The notes under the pieces: model-generated
Told to the model about the DNA's origin: nothing
Seen by the model: only the letters and a program-made list of their open reading frames with translations
Databases searched by the model: none
In this document: positions 49,401-58,051 of the stretch, piece by piece
How the letters are laid out: every line of letters starts with the position of its first letter
Numbering within the stretch: the stretch's first letter is position 1
Source: Alloprevotella sp.
Lineage (GTDB): Bacteria; Bacteroidota; Bacteroidia; Bacteroidales; UBA932
Direction: 5' to 3'
Length of the DNA: 64,000 nucleotides
NCBI GenBank assembly: GCA_963643135.1
Contig: CAVIJA010000002.1
Coordinates: 23,311-87,310 of the forward strand
Position numbers and translations under genes: made by a program

Positions 49401-50983
49401 CAACGGCGCAATCCTCCTCGGAAAAGTCCCGCAGCGAGATAGAAATCGACGTCCTCAACCCCAACCCGGCGGACACCAGGGTCAGCAGCTTCACCCTCGC
49501 TCCGGGCGAAAGGAAGGAAGTGGAAGCGGAACTCTTCGGAATCGACGGCAGCAACTCCCTCGAAGTGGAGCTGTCGTCCATCCCTCCCATAAACCTCGGC
49601 AAGAGACTGGAATATCTGATGGACTACCCTTACGGCTGCGTGGAACAGACCGTCTCAGCGGCATTCCCGCAGCTCTATCTGGACCTGCTTCAGGAGTGCG
49701 ACGAGACTATCCTGAAGCGCAGCGCCTTCAACGTCGGAGCCGCCATCTCCAGACTCTCCCTCTTCCGCAGGATGGACGGCTCGCTCTCCTACTGGCCGGG
49801 AGCGGAGAAGAGTTCCGCCTTCGGCACCGTCTATGCGCTTCACTTCCTCCTGGAAGCGTCCGCAAGGGGCTATGCCGTACCGTCCGAGCTGAAGAGCTCC
49901 CTCGTGAAGTACATCTCCTCCTCCGTCGTCGGCGACAAGGATGAGAACGCCTTCACCAGAGCCTACGGACTCTATGTCCTCGCCTCCGCCGGGAAACCTC
50001 AGCGCGGCGCGATGAACCTGCTCCGCGAGAACGTGGGGAAACTGCAGAACAGCGCGGTATGGATGCTGGCCGCAGCCTACGCGACAGACGGCAAGAAACA
50101 GGTGGCTTCGGGACTCGTCTCGGGCCTGCCTTACATAGATGACCCGAAGAAGGAGTACGCCGCATTCGGCAGCGAAGAGCGCAATATGGCGGTGGCCCTC
50201 AAGACGGAGCTGCTCCTCGGGGACAGGAACGCGGCTATGGAACTCGCCATAAAGACAGCCTCCCGCCTCAACGACGGCGGCAGATATATGAGCACCCAGA
50301 CGGCTGCCTGGTCCCTGATCGCGATAAGCTCGTATGCCGAGAAGTCCGGCAACGGCGGAATCCTCGCGGGAATCAAGGCCGGAGGACGCGACCTGAGCGT
50401 CAGCACGGCCAAGTGCGTCGCCTCCAGGACTGTCGTCAGCGGTGCTGACAGCGGAAGAGAAACTCTAGTACTGGAGAACAGGGGCGGGAACAGCATACAC
50501 GCGACCCTGGCCGCAAGCGGCATCCCCGCAGCCGGGCAGGAGCGGGCCAAGGCTTCCGGTCTGAAGATGACGGTACGCTACGTCGATGCGTCCGGCAGGG
50601 AAATCTCTCCGGACAAGCTCGAATCCGGACAGAGCTTCAAGTCGGTGGTGACGGTCACCAACAGCGGATCCGCCGCAGTGAGCAACCTCGCCCTCGCGCA
50701 GAAGTTCCCTTCCGGCTGGGAGATACGCAACGACAGGATATACCGCAGCGACTTCTCCTATCCGGCAGGAGTCAGCTACCAGGATTTCAGAGATGACAGG
50801 GTATACAGCTTCTTCGACCTTGAGGCGGGACGGAGCGTGACGGTGACAACCACTCTCACGGCGGCCTATGCCGGGGAGTTCTACCTGCCTGCGGTCAGCT
50901 GCGAGGCGATGTACGACAACGCAGTCTCAGCCCTCGTGCCGGGACGCCGGGTGGAAGTGACTACAGGGTCTGACCGCCGATGA
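46421..50983 (+). CDS. bacterial alpha-2-macroglobulin family lipoprotein (YfhM/ECAM-like) with an intact thioester motif
   Basis: Lipobox ILAGLCSC. Thioester site YPYGCVEQT. The size and the repetitive beta-sandwich character fit the family. The ATG at 46421 is preferred over the track start at 46391. Confidence 0.9.
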   Translation: MKIRHSLILTAILAGLCSCGNGNGSSPDGGTPAGAGPAQQSQTEGEDSLSITPEIKFVSKGSILPSSGEMNLLFSSTAYAKAQVRVKKVYSDNVLQFLQFDSYESKYNLYRVADTVADTTIVLGAPDSETIRESRTYALSLDELIRPERGAIYHIEIRGREPLEEEESFYDSDLYFGNVDTYQERSVDLLASDLAMVARHGDRGYEVTVLDILSAKPVSGASVRLFSFAQQELAKGRTDGEGRVSFPAVEEAAFAVATAGRNCAYLHLRNENSLSTSSFDVSGEDDGRGVKAYIFGERGVWRPGDTLHVSAVIMSDGVELPEGHPVTAELRDPDGQLTQSRSARLDRTHICHFPFTTASDAPTGRWSVKLDIGSHSFSKILRIETVKPNNLEISLKFKDSYIVPRKDCTGEIGVEWLYGAAGSKLKVNGSMELSAMGTPFKEYAGYSFKDAERSFSSQTLNYADMTTDSEGHCSIDTGVELNRAATPGMLNAEFILRAFEPSGDFSTSYSSVRMSPFDRYVGIRTSMDKDGWGNEYLRSGKAHEIEVVTLDPEGRGVSAQSLKAEVWHVDWSWWWHASHHTANYNSGKIGEKIYSTTLSTSSEGRGCFSYDWPEETPSGPYMIRVSDPKGGHSATLLCEVYRERSASDASEGSTKLNLLLDKSSYKVGETARITIPSSEGSIALVSIEKGGRILSGRRVDCRQGSTQISIPVTADMTPNVYADISLIQPHGNSTNDAPIRLYGIANINVEDAASHLHPQIDIAGEIRPESEVGFSVRERDGRAMSYVVAIVDEGLLSLTGFKTPDAWSSFYAKQSLRVRSWDMYDKVIGAYGGQIEKLFAIGGSDEASRRINPQGASRFTPVVSYLGPFELKAGRTGRHKIHVPQYMGRLRAMVVATDGKAQGSTEKEVNVTKPLMVQATLPRTLSVGESLSVPVSVIAVEDGIGKVQVSAESSGQLSPDGPARTEVQSLKAGVQTVRFEVKVGDRTGKAKFAATAQSSSEKSRSEIEIDVLNPNPADTRVSSFTLAPGERKEVEAELFGIDGSNSLEVELSSIPPINLGKRLEYLMDYPYGCVEQTVSAAFPQLYLDLLQECDETILKRSAFNVGAAISRLSLFRRMDGSLSYWPGAEKSSAFGTVYALHFLLEASARGYAVPSELKSSLVKYISSSVVGDKDENAFTRAYGLYVLASAGKPQRGAMNLLRENVGKLQNSAVWMLAAAYATDGKKQVASGLVSGLPYIDDPKKEYAAFGSEERNMAVALKTELLLGDRNAAMELAIKTASRLNDGGRYMSTQTAAWSLIAISSYAEKSGNGGILAGIKAGGRDLSVSTAKCVASRTVVSGADSGRETLVLENRGGNSIHATLAASGIPAAGQERAKASGLKMTVRYVDASGREISPDKLESGQSFKSVVTVTNSGSAAVSNLALAQKFPSGWEIRNDRIYRSDFSYPAGVSYQDFRDDRVYSFFDLEAGRSVTVTTTLTAAYAGEFYLPAVSCEAMYDNAVSALVPGRRVEVTTGSDRR

Positions 50984-51953
50984 ATTCGCGCATAATCGAA
51001 GTCGGCGGGATCGCGGCGATTTCCGCCGGCTTGAGACATATCACCTGATGGAGGAACTCCAGCAGTTCCTGCGCCTTGGCGTATGCCGGCGAAGACTCGC
51101 TGATGCCGCAGAGCAGAGGCTCGGCATAGTATTTCAGCAGAGGAAGGTCGTAGAGGGTGGATGAGTTGAAGACCAGATTGGCGTTCTCCTCGAAAGGGAA
51201 GATATATTTAACCTCTCCCCTGCGCACGGACGGCCAGCGGAGGATATTGTCTTCCGGAGAGATGCCCCGCGTGCGGTTGTCGCGGACTATGCGGCGGAGC
51301 AGACGCTTGTCGGTGGTGGAGTTGTGGTCCTTGGTGCCTCCCGGAAGCGCGGAGAGCGCGGATATATAGATGCGGAAGATGCTGTCCTGGGGGATGGACG
51401 GGGTGAGCGCGGGATTGAGGGCGTGAATCCCCTCCATAAACAGGATGTCGTTATCCTTGAGACGCATCCTCCTGCCCGAAGCGACCCTGCGCCCTTCGGC
51501 GAAGTTGAACTTCGGAAGCTCTATCTCCTCCCCCTTGAGGAGGGAGTTCAGCTGACTGTTGAGGAAGCTGACGTCCATCGCCTCGAGAGCCTCGAAGTCG
51601 TAGTTTCCGTTCTCGTCCTTCGGGGTGTAGTCCCTGTCGACGAAGTAGTTGTCCAGTTCGATGACCTTGGGATTGAGTCCCAGCACTCTCGCCTGCTGCG
51701 CGATGCGCAGGGAGGAGCTGGTCTTGCCGCTCGACGACGGGCCTGACATCATCACTATGCGGCATTTCCTGCGGCACCAGTAGATCTGGTCCGCTGCGGC
51801 GGCGTATTTGCGTTCCTGCCTCGCCTCGCAGAGGTTGATGAGTTCTATTCCCGAACCCGCTTCGAGGGTCTCGTTTATCTTCTCGATGGTGTCTATCCCT
51901 ATCGCGTGGCACCAGTCCGCGTATTCCTGCCTTGCGGCGTCAATCTTTGTCAT
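50961..51953 (-). CDS. uridine-kinase-family P-loop nucleoside kinase-like protein (short form)
   Basis: P-loop MMSGPSSSGKTSSS, then DNYFVDRDYTPKDENGNYDFEALEA, FMEGIHALN, RRIVRDNRTRG and SVRRGE.KYIFPF. The ATG overlaps the uvrA stop (ATGA). Confidence 0.75.
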   Translation of the reverse strand: MTKIDAARQEYADWCHAIGIDTIEKINETLEAGSGIELINLCEARQERKYAAAADQIYWCRRKCRIVMMSGPSSSGKTSSSLRIAQQARVLGLNPKVIELDNYFVDRDYTPKDENGNYDFEALEAMDVSFLNSQLNSLLKGEEIELPKFNFAEGRRVASGRRMRLKDNDILFMEGIHALNPALTPSIPQDSIFRIYISALSALPGGTKDHNSTTDKRLLRRIVRDNRTRGISPEDNILRWPSVRRGEVKYIFPFEENANLVFNSSTLYDLPLLKYYAEPLLCGISESSPAYAKAQELLEFLHQVICLKPAEIAAIPPTSIMREFIGGQTL

Positions 51954-54661
51954 AACACTTCTTTCAGAAACGCCCCCGTCACGGATGCCGGATCGGAGGC
52001 TATTTGTTCGGGACTTCCCTCCGCAATAATCCTGCCACCGCGCTCTCCGCCTTCCGGGCCCATATCGATGAGGTAGTCCACGCTCTTCAGCACGTCGAGG
52101 TTGTGTTCGACGACGATGACGGTATTGCCCTGATCCACAAGCTTGTGAAGCACTCCCATCAGGACTTCTATATCCTCGGGATGAAGGCCTGTGGTCGGTT
52201 CGTCAAGCATATAGAGAGTGTTGCCTGTGGCCTTGCGGAAGAGTTCGGAGGCGAGTTTCATCCTCTGGCTCTCGCCGCCGGAAAGCGTCACCGCGGACTG
52301 CCCGAGACGGACATAGCCCAGGCCGACATCCACCAGGGCCTTGAGCTTCTGGGAGATGGCGGGATAAGCCCGGAAGAATTCGCAGGCCTCCGCTATCGGC
52401 ATATCCAGCACCTCGCTGATATCCTTGCCCCTGTATTTGACCTCAAGGGTGTCCTCCTTGTAGCGATGGCCTCCGCAGCAGTCGCACTGCACGTTGACGG
52501 ACGGGAGAAAATTCATCTCTATGACCTTGATGCCCGCGCCCTTGCACTCCTCGCAGCGCCCGCCGGGGACATTGAAGGAGAAGCGGCCGGCCTTGAATCC
52601 GCGCACTTTCGCGTCAGGAGTGTTCTCGAAGAGCTTGCGGATGTCGTCGAACACTCCGGTGTAGGTGGCCGGATTGGAACGCGGGGTGCGTCCTATCGGA
52701 CTCTGGTCTATCTCGATGACCTTGTCGATATTCTCCGCCCCTTCTATCGCCTCATAAGGCAGAGGCTTCTGTTTCAAGTGGTTGAGCCTGCCTTTCAGGG
52801 CCGGCATCAGAGTCTGGTTGATGAGGGTGGACTTGCCGCTCCCGCTGACTCCGCTGACGCCTATCATCATCCCGAGAGGGAAGCTGACGGAGACGTTCTT
52901 GAGATTGTTGCCGCAGGCCCCCTTTATACTGAGCGAGAGGCCGTTGCCCTTTCTCCTGTGCTGCGGGGTGAGGTTGGGATTGTGCAGATGTCCGGAAGGT
53001 CCGCTGTAGCAGATGCGGCCTCCGTTCTCCCCCGCCCCCGGGCCGACCTCCACCGTCCAGTCCGCGGCTTTCACCGTCTCCTCGTCGTGCTCCACGACTA
53101 TCACGGTATTGCCCTCGTCGCGCAGGTGCTTGAGCGAGGATATCAGCTTGCGGTTGTCCCTCTGGTGCAGACCGATGCTCGGCTCGTCGAGGACATATAT
53201 CACGTTGACCAGGCGGGAGCCTATCTGGGTCGCCAGCCGTATGCGCTGGGCCTCTCCGCCGGAGAGCGTCGCCGCCGGACGGTCGAGGGTGAGGTAGTCC
53301 AGCCCCACATCCAGCAGGAAGCGCACCCTGTCCCCGAGTTCGCGGATGATGTCGCGGGCTATCGTCCTCTCCCTGCTGCCGAGCCGCTCCGGAAGAGAGC
53401 CTATCCATTCCGAAAGCCGGCCCATCTCCATCGCGCCGACCTCCGAAATATTCCTGCCGTCGATGCGGAAACAGAGCGCATCCGAGTTGAGACGGGTGCC
53501 GTGGCACACCGGGCAGACTATCCTGTCGTCTATATCCTTCACGACCCCCGGCCAGTTGACCATCTCGGCGAGAGCGCCCTCCCCCACCCGGAAGAATTCG
53601 TCGGAACCATATATTATAAGGGATATCACCTCATCCGGGAGAGTCCCTATCGGGTCGTAGAGGGAGAATCCCAGCTTGCGGGACATAGCCCTCAGTATCT
53701 CGAACTTGCGGGCGTCGCGGACACGGCCCAGCGGGGCTATCCCCCCGTCGGCTATGGAGACGCCCCGGTCGGGGATGATGCTGTCCATATTGATGTCCGG
53801 CACGGTGCCAAGGCCCTTGCAGTGCGGGCAGTAGCCCTCCGGAGAATTGAAGGAGAAGGAATGTGGCGCCGGTTCGCGGAGCGAGACGCCGGTGTCGGGA
53901 TCGACCAGATGCCTGGAATAATGGTGCAGGCTCCCGTCCTGCATATCCAGCACGGCGAGAGAGCCTTTGCCCAGGGAGAGGGCCGACTGCACGGAACTGC
54001 GTATGCGTCCCCCGTCCCCGTCCTCCGGCTTGAGCTTGTCCACGACAAGTTCGATGAAATGGGCCTTGTAGCGGTCCAGGGAGTCGATATCGGCGAGAGA
54101 GGATATCTCGGAGTCTATGCGCACCTCGGCATAGCCCTTCTTGCGCAGCTGCTCGAAGAGCTCCTTGTAGCTGCCCTTGCGCCCGTTGACAAGCGGGGCG
54201 AGCAGCAGGCACTTCCTGCCGTGGTATTCCTTCAGTATCAGATCCTCTATGCCCTCGTCGGTGTATCTGACCATCTCCCTCCCGGTGGCGGGAGAGAAGG
54301 CCGTGGACGCTCTGGCGAAGAGAAGTCGGAGGAAGTCGGAGATTTCCGTGATGGTCCCCACGGTGGAGCGCGGATTGCTCCCGGTGGTCTTCTGCTCTAT
54401 CGAGATGACGGGACTGAGCCCGCTTATGCTCTCCACGGACGGCTTCTCGAGTATCCCCATAAAGTGCCGGGCATAGGGAGAGAGGGTGTTCATATAGCGC
54501 CGCCGGCCTTCGGCGCAGATGGTGTCGAAGGCGAGGGAGGACTTGCCGCTGCCGCTTATCCCGGTGATTACCACAAGCTTGCCCCGAGGGATGTCCACAT
54601 CGACATTCTTGAGGTTGTGGGCGCGGGCCCCGCGTACTTCTATGAAGGATTCTTTATCCAT
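51950..54661 (-). CDS. uvrA: excinuclease ABC subunit A homologue (903 aa) lacking zinc-module-1 ligands
   Basis: ARAHNLKN, two Walker A motifs (GISGSGKSS and GVSGSGKST), and two signature motifs (LSGGEAQR and LSGGESQR). [17 protein letters not shown] and CEECKGAG...CDCCGGHRY are present. Confidence 0.92.
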   Translation of the reverse strand: MDKESFIEVRGARAHNLKNVDVDIPRGKLVVITGISGSGKSSLAFDTICAEGRRRYMNTLSPYARHFMGILEKPSVESISGLSPVISIEQKTTGSNPRSTVGTITEISDFLRLLFARASTAFSPATGREMVRYTDEGIEDLILKEYHGRKCLLLAPLVNGRKGSYKELFEQLRKKGYAEVRIDSEISSLADIDSLDRYKAHFIELVVDKLKPEDGDGGRIRSSVQSALSLGKGSLAVLDMQDGSLHHYSRHLVDPDTGVSLREPAPHSFSFNSPEGYCPHCKGLGTVPDINMDSIIPDRGVSIADGGIAPLGRVRDARKFEILRAMSRKLGFSLYDPIGTLPDEVISLIIYGSDEFFRVGEGALAEMVNWPGVVKDIDDRIVCPVCHGTRLNSDALCFRIDGRNISEVGAMEMGRLSEWIGSLPERLGSRERTIARDIIRELGDRVRFLLDVGLDYLTLDRPAATLSGGEAQRIRLATQIGSRLVNVIYVLDEPSIGLHQRDNRKLISSLKHLRDEGNTVIVVEHDEETVKAADWTVEVGPGAGENGGRICYSGPSGHLHNPNLTPQHRRKGNGLSLSIKGACGNNLKNVSVSFPLGMMIGVSGVSGSGKSTLINQTLMPALKGRLNHLKQKPLPYEAIEGAENIDKVIEIDQSPIGRTPRSNPATYTGVFDDIRKLFENTPDAKVRGFKAGRFSFNVPGGRCEECKGAGIKVIEMNFLPSVNVQCDCCGGHRYKEDTLEVKYRGKDISEVLDMPIAEACEFFRAYPAISQKLKALVDVGLGYVRLGQSAVTLSGGESQRMKLASELFRKATGNTLYMLDEPTTGLHPEDIEVLMGVLHKLVDQGNTVIVVEHNLDVLKSVDYLIDMGPEGGERGGRIIAEGSPEQIASDPASVTGAFLKEVL

Positions 54662-54689
54662 AAGAACCCGCGAATTTACGAAATTATTG

Positions 54690-54697
54690 TATCTTTG
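54690..54697 (+). promoter_or_regulatory. -7 box for the EamA transporter gene
   Basis: TATCTTTG lies 45 nt upstream of the ATG at 54743. Confidence 0.45.
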
Positions 54698-54702
54698 GCC
54701 CG

Positions 54703-54710
54703 CAAAATTA
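54703..54710 (-). promoter_or_regulatory. -7 box for uvrA and the kinase-like gene
   Basis: The minus strand reads TAATTTTG, 41 nt upstream of the ATG at 54661. Confidence 0.4.
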
Positions 54711-54742
54711 CCTGCTCATTTTCAATTATTACCTAAGTATTT

Positions 54743-55591
54743 ATGTGGGTTTGGTTTTCGGTATGTTCCGCTGTCCTGCTCGGCTTCTATGACGTGGCCA
54801 AGAAGCAGGCTCTCAAGAGCAACGGCGTCCTCTGGATACTGCTCTGCTCCACCGGCCTGTCGGCGCTCTTTCTCTGTCCCTTCCTCTCGTCCGGCTCACT
54901 TGAGGACCATCTGAGCCTCGTGCTGAAGGCCGTGCTGGTCAGTTCGTCCTGGGTTTCGGGCCTGATTGCCCTCAAACTGCTCCCGCTCACCACGGCCAGC
55001 ACCATCAAGGCTTCGCGCCCTATGTTCGTGGTGATATTCTCCATCATCCTCTTCGGCGAGAGGCTGAGTCCGCTGCAGTGGGCCGGAGTCGTGCTTGTGA
55101 TGGCGGCTCTCCTGCTCTTGTCGCGTTCCTCGCGCAAGGAGGGCATAGACTTCTCCTCCGACAAGGGAGTCGCGTGGATGGTGGTCTCCGTACTCACCGG
55201 AGCTGCCAGCGCGCTCTACGACAAGCACATACTCGCCCATCTGCAACCTATGTTCGTGCAGAGCTGGTCCAACATCTACATCACGGCGCTTCTCTCCCTG
55301 CTGATGCTTGGCAGGTATCTGAGGGACAGGGGCGGCTTCGAGGGCCTGCGCCCGGACTGGAAACTGGCGCTGATCGCGGTGCTTATCACCATCTCGGACG
55401 CGCTCTACTTCTACGCCGTCAAGGACGAGGGGGCGCTGCTGTCGGTCATCTCGATGATACGGCGCAGTTCCGTGGTGATAACCTTCCTCTTCGGGGCGGT
55501 CGTATTCAAGGAAAACCATATCAAGGACAAGGCGACGGACCTCGTGATACTGCTCGGCGGCATCGCGCTGCTGCTCTTCGCCTCGGCTTAG
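54743..55591 (+). CDS. EamA/DMT-family membrane transporter
   Basis: About 10 hydrophobic helices arranged as two EamA-like halves. 282 aa. Confidence 0.72.
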   Translation: MWVWFSVCSAVLLGFYDVAKKQALKSNGVLWILLCSTGLSALFLCPFLSSGSLEDHLSLVLKAVLVSSSWVSGLIALKLLPLTTASTIKASRPMFVVIFSIILFGERLSPLQWAGVVLVMAALLLLSRSSRKEGIDFSSDKGVAWMVVSVLTGAASALYDKHILAHLQPMFVQSWSNIYITALLSLLMLGRYLRDRGGFEGLRPDWKLALIAVLITISDALYFYAVKDEGALLSVISMIRRSSVVITFLFGAVVFKENHIKDKATDLVILLGGIALLLFASA

Positions 55592-55613
55592 CCCCCATTC
55601 CGCGCCGAATCAT

Positions 55614-55621
55614 TATATTTG
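55614..55621 (+). promoter_or_regulatory. -7 box for the S41 peptidase/recO pair
   Basis: TATATTTG lies 4 nt upstream of the ATG at 55626, which suggests a leaderless mRNA. Confidence 0.4.
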
Positions 55622-55625
55622 CATT

Positions 55626-57239
55626 ATGAAACGCAGCATCATATTCCCGCTTCTGCTCTGCCTCTGCACCGCGGCGGGAGCCCAGTCAGGCAACTTCACT
55701 CTCGGCAAATGGACCGAGATACACGCTTCGATACTCAAGGAACTCTCGAGGTCATATGTGGATTCGCTCCCGGTCGACAAAATCGAGCGCAAGGGAGTGG
55801 ACGCAATGCTCGCGGGACTCGACCCGTACACCGTCTACATCCCGGAGGAGGAGAACGAGAGTCTCCAGATGATGATACACAAGACCTACGGCGGGGTCGG
55901 GGCGGTGATCTACAAACCGGAGAAATCCGGCAACGTAATCATCAACGAACCCTACGCCGGCTCCCCGGCGGCCAAGAGCGGGCTGGTCTGCGGCGACGAG
56001 ATTATGGAAATCGACGGGCAGACCGTGGTCGGACTCACTTCCCAGGAGTGCAGCGAGAAGATGCGCGGCGACCCGGGCACGACCGTCCGCTTCAAGGTAA
56101 AGAAGGTACGCGGCGGCGAGACGGAAGTCACGGTGCTGCGGGAGAAGATACGCCTGCCGGACATAGAGTTCGCCGGAATGATAGACGACAAGGTCGGATA
56201 TATCTCCCAGACAGGATTCACCGACGGGGTGGGCAAGGAGATGAGGGAGGCCGTCATCGCGCTCAAGAAGCAGGGGATGCAGACCCTCGTGCTGGATTTG
56301 AGGGGCAACGGCGGCGGCCTGATGAACGAAGCCGCCGAGATCGTCTCCATCTTCGTGCCTCGCGGCTCGCTGGTCGTGACGGCGAAAGGCAAGGAGGTAA
56401 ACTCCAATTATACGCTCAGGACCCGCCACAATCCGGTGGACACCGGGCTGCCTCTGATAGTGCTGGTGGATTCCGGTTCGGCATCGTCATCCGAAATCGT
56501 GGCCGGAGCGCTCCAGGATATGGACAGGGCGACCATAATGGGGCAGCGCACCTTCGGCAAGGGACTGGTGCAGAGCATCAAGTCACTGCCTTACGGCGGT
56601 GAGCTCAAGGTCACCACGGCCAAATACTACACCCCTTCCGGACGCTGCGTGCAGGCGCTCGACTATAGCCACAGACGCGAGGACGGAAGCGTGAGCGAGA
56701 TACCGGATTCGCTGACGAAAGAATTCCGCACGGCCCACGGACGCATAGTCAAGGACGGCGGCGGCATCACTCCGGACGTCACCCTCAAGGAGAAGGAATA
56801 CAGCCGCATCACCTATTCGCTGGTGGCCTACGGAGTGCTGGAGCAATATGCGCTCGAATACGTGCGCGGCCACGAGAGCATCCCGGCGGTGGAGGATTTC
56901 CACCTGACGGACAGCGACTACGAAGAATTCATCCGCTTCGCATCCTCCAAGGAGTTCGACTACCGCTCCACGGCCAAGACCTATTTCGACAGGGTGAAGG
57001 AGGAACTCGGCAAGGACGGCCTCAAGGATACCCTCGCACCGCAGATAGAGGCGCTGGACAAGGCCCTGGATATGGAGAAGGCAGAATTCCTGCGGCTCAA
57101 GAAAGACGAAATCATCCCGTTCATCGAGGAGGAGATAGTCGTGCGCTACTACTTCCAGGAAGCCGGGGTCAAGCTCCGTCTGCGCTATGACGACGCTCTC
57201 AAGGAGGCGCTTGCGAGCGAACGCATCAGGCAGTACTGA
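55626..57239 (+). CDS. S41-family carboxy-terminal processing peptidase (PDZ-containing)
   Basis: Signal peptide is present. PDZ domain GSPAAKSGLVCGDEIMEIDG. S41 core LDLRGNGGG...DSGSASSSEIVAGALQD...GKG. Confidence 0.88.
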   Translation: MKRSIIFPLLLCLCTAAGAQSGNFTLGKWTEIHASILKELSRSYVDSLPVDKIERKGVDAMLAGLDPYTVYIPEEENESLQMMIHKTYGGVGAVIYKPEKSGNVIINEPYAGSPAAKSGLVCGDEIMEIDGQTVVGLTSQECSEKMRGDPGTTVRFKVKKVRGGETEVTVLREKIRLPDIEFAGMIDDKVGYISQTGFTDGVGKEMREAVIALKKQGMQTLVLDLRGNGGGLMNEAAEIVSIFVPRGSLVVTAKGKEVNSNYTLRTRHNPVDTGLPLIVLVDSGSASSSEIVAGALQDMDRATIMGQRTFGKGLVQSIKSLPYGGELKVTTAKYYTPSGRCVQALDYSHRREDGSVSEIPDSLTKEFRTAHGRIVKDGGGITPDVTLKEKEYSRITYSLVAYGVLEQYALEYVRGHESIPAVEDFHLTDSDYEEFIRFASSKEFDYRSTAKTYFDRVKEELGKDGLKDTLAPQIEALDKALDMEKAEFLRLKKDEIIPFIEEEIVVRYYFQEAGVKLRLRYDDALKEALASERIRQY

Positions 57240-57889
57240 TGACTTTCAGCACGGAACTCATCGTTCTCAACACGACCAGGCTCGGAGAGAAGAGTCTGGT
57301 CGTGCATTGTCTTGCCCGCGAGTCGGGCAGGCGCGGATTTATCGTCTCTATCCCCTCCGGAGGGAGGATGACGCTCTTCCTGCCGCTCAATCTGCTTGAG
57401 GCGGAGATAGTGGAGAATCCCCGCTCCGAACTGTGGCGGGCGAGGAAGCTCTCGGCCCTCCACCCCCTGAACGGGATACGCTCCAATATGCTGAAGAATT
57501 CGATGACCCTCTTTATGAGCGAAGTGCTGTACCGCACGGTCAGGGAAGGGGCTATGGAGGAGGGGCTGTTCGACTGGTGCCGAGGCTCGATATTGACTCT
57601 GGACGCGATGGAGAGCGACTTCAGCAACTTCCACCTGCGCTTCCTGCTGGAATTCGCCGTGGCCCTCGGATTCTCGCCCTCCTGGAGCGACCTCGCACCG
57701 TTTGCCGGAGAGCATCTCTCCGAAGTCCGCGCCCTGCTGACGTCCGACTTCAAGGAGGCTATGCTCCTGCCTCTCAACGGGACTTCCCGCAACGAGATCG
57801 CCGAAATCCTCCTCCAGTACATCGGCTTCCACGCCGAATGCCGCCTCAATGTCCGCTCGCTTGCCGTCCTGCGGGAACTATATATATAA
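57239..57889 (+). CDS. recO: DNA repair protein RecO
   Basis: 216 aa. The N-terminal OB-fold pattern (...IVLNTTRLGEKSLVVHCL.RE.GR) fits, and the size and position fit RecO. Its ATG shares one base with the peptidase TGA. Confidence 0.78.
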   Translation: MTFSTELIVLNTTRLGEKSLVVHCLARESGRRGFIVSIPSGGRMTLFLPLNLLEAEIVENPRSELWRARKLSALHPLNGIRSNMLKNSMTLFMSEVLYRTVREGAMEEGLFDWCRGSILTLDAMESDFSNFHLRFLLEFAVALGFSPSWSDLAPFAGEHLSEVRALLTSDFKEAMLLPLNGTSRNEIAEILLQYIGFHAECRLNVRSLAVLRELYI

Positions 57890-57917
57890 AAAACAACAGC
57901 CAGTCCGCTCCTCCTTT

Positions 57918-57990
57918 CGTCATGCCCGACTTGATCGGGCATCTCTTGCTGTCACAGGGAAGAGATTGCCGGTCGGAGCCGGCAATGACG
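57918..57990. repeat. REP-like nested palindromic element in the recO 3' spacer
   Basis: There are two hairpins in inverted orientation: CGTCATGCCCGA-CTTG-ATCGGGCATCTC and GAGATTGCCGG-TCGGAG-CCGGCAATGACG. Their outer ends (CGTCAT/ATGACG and ATCTCTT/AAGAGAT) also pair with each other. Confidence 0.6.
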
Positions 57991-58051
57991 GGAAAGGCAA
58001 GCCGGCAAAAGTACCAAGTTATTTTTTAGGAATTACTAAAAGGGTGCATTA

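Noticed and set aside
52004-54736. 910-aa + strand ORF antisense to uvrA
   Set aside because: This is the same situation: the mirror frame of a highly conserved ABC ATPase gene, with biased H/R/G/P/V composition and no motifs. It also runs through the uvrA/EamA promoter spacer.
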